From: an uncultured Candidatus Rokubacteria bacterium
Lineage (GTDB): Bacteria; Methylomirabilota; Methylomirabilia; Rokubacteriales; CSP1-6
DNA length: 11,205 bases
Reading direction: 5' to 3'
Assembly (NCBI GenBank): GCA_963762145.1
Contig: CAVXJS010000024.1
Location: 1 to 11,205 of the forward strand
Under the pieces are notes generated by a model. That model did no database searches. It had not been told where the DNA came from and saw only the letters and a program-made list of their open reading frames with translations. A program made the position numbers and the translations under genes. Below are positions 6,362 to 11,205 of the stretch, piece by piece. Each line of letters starts with the position of its first letter. Within the stretch, counting starts at the first letter, position 1.

Positions 6362-7789
6362 TTAGAAGAGTGGGCCGGCTGCCCGCAGGGCGGCCACGAC
6401 CAGCGGCGTCGGATACAGCCCGGTGATGACGACACCGAGCACGCAGAGGAAGATGCAGAAGGACAGGAGCGGGGCGACCGGGATCGGATCGCGCCGCTCG
6501 GGCAGGTCAATGTACATGCTCTTGGCGATCAGCAGGTAGTAGAAGAGGGCCACCACGGTCAGGACGGCCCCCACCAGAACTAACCAGTAAAGCCCCTGCT
6601 CCGCCGCCGCCCAGAAGACGTAGAGCTTCGCCCAGAAACCGGCGACGAAGGGAATGCCCCCCAGCGAGAGCAGGAAGAGCAGCATGCAGAGCGCGAGGAT
6701 CGGGGAGCGCTGGGCGAGGCCGCGATACGCCGAGATGCCCTCGGAGCCCTCGGCCTGGGCCACGACCTCGACCACCATGAATGCCCCCATGTTTCCGAAT
6801 AGATACGCCACCAGGTAGAAGAGCATCATCGCGACGCCGTTGGCCGAGACGGCGGCGAACCCGATCAGCATGTAGCCGATGTGGGCCACGCCCGAGTAGG
6901 CCAGCAGCCGCTTGACGTTCTGCTGCGGGATCGCCATCAGGTTGCCGCCGATGATGGTGACGGTGGCGAGGCCGGCCGCCGCGGGCACCCAGAAGAGCAC
7001 GCGATCGCCCATGCCCTCGAGGTAGAGCCGGAAGATCAGGATGAAGCCGGCCGCCTTGGGCGCCACCGAGAGCCACGCCACGAAGGGCGTGCTGGCGGCC
7101 TCGTACGTGTCGGGCACCCACATGTGGAACGGGAACGCGGCGATCTTGAAGCCCAGCCCGCCCAGGGCCAGCAGCATGCCGAGCAGCATCATCGGATGCC
7201 CCGTCGACATGGCGGCCGCGATCCCGCGCACGTCGGTGGTGCCGCTGACCCCGTAGATGAAGGACAGCCCGTAGGCCAGCACGGCCGAGGAGACCGTGCC
7301 CATCAGGAAGAACTTCAGCGCCGCCTCCACCGCCTCCGGCTCGCGCTTCAGGAAGCCGGCCAGGTAGTAGAGGGGGATCGACATCAGCTCGAAGGCCACG
7401 AAGAGCAGGATCAGGTCGCGCGCCGAGGACAGGATCAGCATGCCGAGCAACGAGGCCAGGATGGCCAGGTAGTACTCGGTGGCCCGGCGGGCGAAAGCGA
7501 CCGCCCGGAGCGGCAGAGAGGCGAGCACTCCGAGCAGGGTGGCCAGGAGAAAGAGGCGCTTGGCGAACAGGGCGAGCTCGTCCTGTACCAGGGCACCCCG
7601 GAACATCTCGGTACCCCCCTCGGCCCGCCAGGCGAGGCCGAACAGGATCACGAGGCCGACCGCGCTGAGCACGCCGACCCGGCGCTTGTCCTCGGAGCGC
7701 ATGAAGAGGCCCACGAAGAAGACCAGCAGCATCAGGACGGCCAGGCCGAGCTCGAGGCCCAGCGGGCCGCTCACGGTCAGCCCGGTCAC
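6362..7789 (-). CDS. nuoN: NADH-quinone oxidoreductase subunit N
   Basis: Motifs FVAFELMSIPLY, EAALKFFLMG, GFKIAAFPFHMWVPDTYE, APKAAGF, KRLLAYSGVAHIGY and SLGGIPFVAGFWAK. The start is GTG 7789, overlapping the nuoM stop (GTGA), giving 475 aa. The 1046-aa ORF call is an upstream over-extension. Confidence 0.93.
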   Translation of the reverse strand: MTGLTVSGPLGLELGLAVLMLLVFFVGLFMRSEDKRRVGVLSAVGLVILFGLAWRAEGGTEMFRGALVQDELALFAKRLFLLATLLGVLASLPLRAVAFARRATEYYLAILASLLGMLILSSARDLILLFVAFELMSIPLYYLAGFLKREPEAVEAALKFFLMGTVSSAVLAYGLSFIYGVSGTTDVRGIAAAMSTGHPMMLLGMLLALGGLGFKIAAFPFHMWVPDTYEAASTPFVAWLSVAPKAAGFILIFRLYLEGMGDRVLFWVPAAAGLATVTIIGGNLMAIPQQNVKRLLAYSGVAHIGYMLIGFAAVSANGVAMMLFYLVAYLFGNMGAFMVVEVVAQAEGSEGISAYRGLAQRSPILALCMLLFLLSLGGIPFVAGFWAKLYVFWAAAEQGLYWLVLVGAVLTVVALFYYLLIAKSMYIDLPERRDPIPVAPLLSFCIFLCVLGVVITGLYPTPLVVAALRAAGPLF

Positions 7790-9324
7790 TGGAGCACCCA
7801 GAGCCGGTTGAGGAGCGGCATCGTGGCGGTATCGACCGGTCCGAGCGCCAGGGAGGGCCAGACCCCGAAGAGCACGATCGTGGCGACCAGGATCCAGAGC
7901 GCGGCCCACTCGGGCCCGCGCGCGTCCGGCAGGTTCAGGAAGTGCGGGTCGGTGGACGGCGGCCCCCAGAAGATCTGCTTGGTCACCCGCAACACGTAGA
8001 TCGACGTGAGATAGGCTCCGAGCACGCCCGGGAAGAGCCACCAGGAGTACGAGGACTGCCACGCGCCCATGAACGTGAGCAGCTCGGCCACGAAGCCCGC
8101 GGTGGCGGGGAGCCCGAGCGAGGAGAGGCCGGCGATGGTGAAGGCGGTGGCGATGCCCGGCATCATCCGCCCGAACCCGCTCATCTTGAAGATCTCGCGC
8201 GAGTGCGACTTCTCGTAGACGAGGCCGACCAGGGCGAAGAAGAGCCCGGTCATCAGCCCGTGGGCGAACATCTGGAAGACGGAGCCGTTCAGCCCCACCT
8301 CGGTGAGCGTGGCCATGCCCAGCATCACCACACCCATGTGGGAGACCGAGGAGTACGCGATGACGTACTTGAGATCCGTCTGGGCCATGGCCGAGAGGGC
8401 GCCGTAGACGATGTTGACGCAGGCGATGGTGCCCACCAGCCACGACCACTGCAGCGTGCCGTCCGGCAGCAGGCCCATGCCGAGCCGCACCACGCCGTAG
8501 GCCCCGAGCTTCATCAGCACCCCGGCGTGGAGCATGGAGACCGCGGTCGGCGCGGAGGCGTGGCCGTCGGGGGACCAGGTGTGGAGCGGCCAGATGCCGG
8601 CCAGGATGCCGAACCCCACGTAGAACGCGAGGAAGACCCAGGATTGCAGCTTCGGGTCGAACTGGGTCAGCTCCATCTCGAGGAACGAGAACGACGAGGA
8701 ATCGCCCGCCACGTAGAGGGCGAGGATGCCCACCAGGATGAAGGCCGACCCGAAGAGCAGGTACAGGGTCAGCTTCATCGCCGCGTACTCCTTGGTGCCC
8801 ACCCCGGTGCGGCCGAACGCCCAGCCGAAGATGCCCTGCGGCCGCACCTCGCCGCTCGAGCCCCAGATGCCGATGAGGAGGTACATCGGGAGCACCGCGA
8901 TCTCGTAGAACAGGAAGAGCACGAAGAGGTCGAGGGAGACGAAGACCCCGTAGACGCCGGTCACCAGGATCAGGAGGAGCGCGTAGAACTCCTGGCTGCG
9001 GACCTTCACGGTCCACGAGGCCCACGCTCCCGCGAAGATGATGATCGAGGTGAGCAGGATCATCAGCAGGCTCATGCCGTCGACGCCCAGCTGGTAGTTG
9101 ATGCCGAGCGCGGGCACCAGCGGGAAATCCTCGTAGAACTGGAACCCCGCCGCCTCCCGATCGTAGGCCACGTAGACCGCGATCGAGAGCACGAGGGACA
9201 CGCTGGTGGAGACGACCGCGAGCCAGCGCACCAGCAGCGCGTTCCGGCGGGCCATGAACATGATCAGGAGCGCCCCCACGAAAGGCGCCCAGGTGATGAT
9301 CGAGAGAACCGGGAAGGAGGCCAT
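7786..9324 (-). CDS. nuoM: NADH-quinone oxidoreductase subunit M
   Basis: Motifs LGVDGMS, FYEIAVLPMYLLIGIWG, PLHTWSPDGHASAPT, GVLMKLGAYG, IAYSSVSHMG, QMFAHG and GLPATAGFVAE. ATG 9324 lies 2 nt after the nuoL stop; 512 aa. Confidence 0.94.
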   Translation of the reverse strand: MASFPVLSIITWAPFVGALLIMFMARRNALLVRWLAVVSTSVSLVLSIAVYVAYDREAAGFQFYEDFPLVPALGINYQLGVDGMSLLMILLTSIIIFAGAWASWTVKVRSQEFYALLLILVTGVYGVFVSLDLFVLFLFYEIAVLPMYLLIGIWGSSGEVRPQGIFGWAFGRTGVGTKEYAAMKLTLYLLFGSAFILVGILALYVAGDSSSFSFLEMELTQFDPKLQSWVFLAFYVGFGILAGIWPLHTWSPDGHASAPTAVSMLHAGVLMKLGAYGVVRLGMGLLPDGTLQWSWLVGTIACVNIVYGALSAMAQTDLKYVIAYSSVSHMGVVMLGMATLTEVGLNGSVFQMFAHGLMTGLFFALVGLVYEKSHSREIFKMSGFGRMMPGIATAFTIAGLSSLGLPATAGFVAELLTFMGAWQSSYSWWLFPGVLGAYLTSIYVLRVTKQIFWGPPSTDPHFLNLPDARGPEWAALWILVATIVLFGVWPSLALGPVDTATMPLLNRLWVLQ

Positions 9325-9326
9325 GA

Positions 9327-11184
9327 TTACTTGGGCCAGCGCATCCAGACCATGAGGACCAGCACGCCCAGCGCGATCCCGTAGAGGTAGTCCTGGGCCT
9401 GGCCGGTCTGGATCCGGCGCAACCGGTCGCCCGCGGTGAGGGTCCAGGCGCTGAGCACGTTGAGGATGCCGTCCACGAAATACCGGTCCACCCAGCCGAC
9501 ACTCCGGGAGACTCCCAGGATCAGGCGCCGGTAGGTCAGCGCGAAGAGATCGTCCAGCCAGAACCGCTCCACCGCGGCCTCGCTGATCCACGCGAAGCGC
9601 TCGAAGAGCCGGTCCGCGCTGACCGCGCGCAGCCCGTACACCAGCCAGGCGAACACGATGCCGCCGACCGCGATCGCCACCGCGAGCGGCGTGAGCCAGG
9701 CGGGCGCCGCAAACTCCCCTTCGAGGTGCCAGATCGAGAAGCCGATGCCGATGGCCATCGCCAGCAAGGCCAGGATCCAGAGCGGCAGCGTCATGATCAT
9801 CGGCGCGTCGTGGGCGTGCGCCTCGCCGTGCCCGTCGTGGCCGGCCCGCGCGGCCGCGGGGGCACCGAGGAACGCGATGAACACCACCCGGAACATGTAG
9901 AAGGCGGTGAGGAAGGCGGCCAGCACCAGCATCCCGAAGGGCACCAGGAGCCCGCCCGTCCAGGTCGCGCCCAGGATCTCCTCCTTGGAGAAGAAGCCCC
10001 CGAAGAAGGGAATGCCCGCCAGCGAGAGGGTGCCCACCAGGAACACGATGAAGGTCTGGGGCATGCGGCGGGCGAGGCCGCCCATCGCGTGGATGTCGTT
10101 GCTGCCGACCGCGTGGATCACCGCGCCTGCGGCCAGGAAGAGCAGCGCCTTGAAGACCCCATGCGTGAGCAGGTGGAGGAAGCCCGCGCTCGCGAAGCCG
10201 GCGCCGATCGCGGCCATCATGTAGCCGAGCTGCGACACCGTCGAGTAGGCGAGCACCCGCTTGATGTCGGTCTGCACGCACGCCAGCGTGGCCGCGAGGA
10301 GCGCGGTGAAGGCCCCGATCCAGCCCACCGCCGCGAGCACGTCGGCGTCTGCTGAAACAGGAACGCGGTGCGGAAGAGCAGGTAGACGCCCGCGGTCACC
10401 ATGGTCGCGGCGTGGATCAGGGCCGAGACCGGCGTCGGGCCTTCCATCGCGTCGGGCAACCAGACGTGGAACGGGAACTGGGCGGACTTGCCGGCGGCGC
10501 CGAGGTAGATGAAGAACGTGACGAGCCCGAGCCCGGCCAGCGCTTCGCCGCCGCCCACCGCGAGCTCGAAGAGCTCGGAGAAGTCGAAGGTGCCGGTGCG
10601 GCTCCAGAGCATCACGATCCCGATCAGGAAGAACGCGTCACCCGCTTTGGTGATCCAGAAGGCCTTCACCGCCGCGCGCGCCGCCTCGGGGCGGGGGTAC
10701 CAGTAGCCGATCAGGAGGTAGGAGCAGAGACCCACCAGCTCCCAGCAGATGAAGAGCTGGACGAAGTTGGGGGCGAGCACGATCCCCATCATCGAGAACG
10801 CGAACAGCGACTGATAGGTGTAGTAGCGGGCGAGCGAGGCGGGCGGCTCGTCGGCCAGATAACCGAGCGAGTAGACCTGGACCAGGAACGACACCAGCGC
10901 CACCAGGACCAGCATGAGGGTCGCGTCGGCGTCCACGAGCACGCCCACCGAGGTGAGCACCCCGTCCTCGACCGGGATCCAGTCCCAGAGCATCCGGCGC
11001 GCCATTCCGGCACCGTCGCGCGCCACGCCGACACGGCCCCCACCAGCGCGGCCAGCGAGATCACGATCGAGAGCCACGCGGCCGGCTTCCCGGAGCGGCG
11101 GAGCGGGACGATCAGGCTCAGGATCAGGAACGCGAGACCGGGGGCCAGCCAGGTCCAGAGCGCGAGGAAGCCGGAGACGGCCAT
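9327..11184 (-). CDS. nuoL: NADH-quinone oxidoreductase subunit L, split by two 1-nt frameshifts (~11006 and ~10344)
   Basis: Three ORF fragments join into ~619 aa: MAVSGFLALW...RATVP / MARRMLWDW...WELVGLCSYLLIGYWY...GKSAQFPFHVWLPDAMEGPTPVSALIHAATMV...QQTP / DVLAAVGWIG...DIKRVLAYSTVSQLGYM...HGVFKALLF...FFSKEEIL...QTGQAQDY. Each junction is repaired by adding one base. Confidence 0.92.
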
Positions 11185-11192
11185 CGGGCGGG

Positions 11193-11205
11193 CTATCCCT
11201 TCAAC
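11193..11205 (-). CDS. nuoK: Probable 3' end of NADH-quinone oxidoreductase subunit K
   Basis: The minus strand reads TTG AAG GGA TAG (L-K-G-stop), ending 8 nt before the nuoL ATG. LKG* is a typical NuoK C-terminus and K precedes L in the standard order. Only 13 nt are visible. Confidence 0.55.

Noticed and set aside
9800-9870. His-rich segment GHDGHGEAHAHD in NuoL
   Set aside because: His-rich loops at this position are common in NuoL proteins.
7790-10281. Apparent giant NuoN (1046 aa) and NuoM (831 aa) with long N-terminal extensions
   Set aside because: The extensions are stop-free alternative frames of nuoM and nuoL. Real starts at GTG 7789 and ATG 9324 abut the upstream stops and give normal lengths.
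6362-11184. Possible '2M' complex I with an extra antiporter subunit
   Set aside because: There is only one nuoM between nuoL and nuoN, and the repaired NuoL is a normal ~619 aa.
1-11205. CRISPR arrays, tRNA/rRNA genes, IS elements, integrases
   Set aside because: The window is almost fully coding, and I found no regularly spaced repeats, terminal inverted repeats, transposase motifs or RNA-gene signatures.

Overview
High-GC bacterial window with three blocks. (1) Minus strand, 6362 to the right edge: the distal end of a respiratory complex I operon (3' tip of nuoK, nuoL split by two 1-nt deletions, nuoM, nuoN). NuoM lacks the canonical TM7 lysine and has a long TM5-TM6 loop. (2) Plus strand, ~2950-6326: a two-gene module with a consensus sigma-54 promoter, an IHF-like site and a perfect hairpin at the predicted transcript start. 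It encodes a lone GspG-like prepilin (one 1-nt frameshift) and a membrane hybrid histidine kinase (extracytoplasmic sensor-HAMP-GAF-HisKA-HATPase-REC). (3) Minus strand, 2827 to the left edge: a tightly coupled operon of a PurM/AIR-synthase-like protein (not HypE or SelD), a cytoplasmic gamma-glutamyltransferase-family Ntn hydrolase and a signal-peptide protein cut by the window edge. I see no RNA genes, CRISPR arrays or mobile elements. The best candidate for an undescribed system is the sigma-54 pilin + hybrid kinase module. The three frameshifts are most likely long-read sequencing errors.
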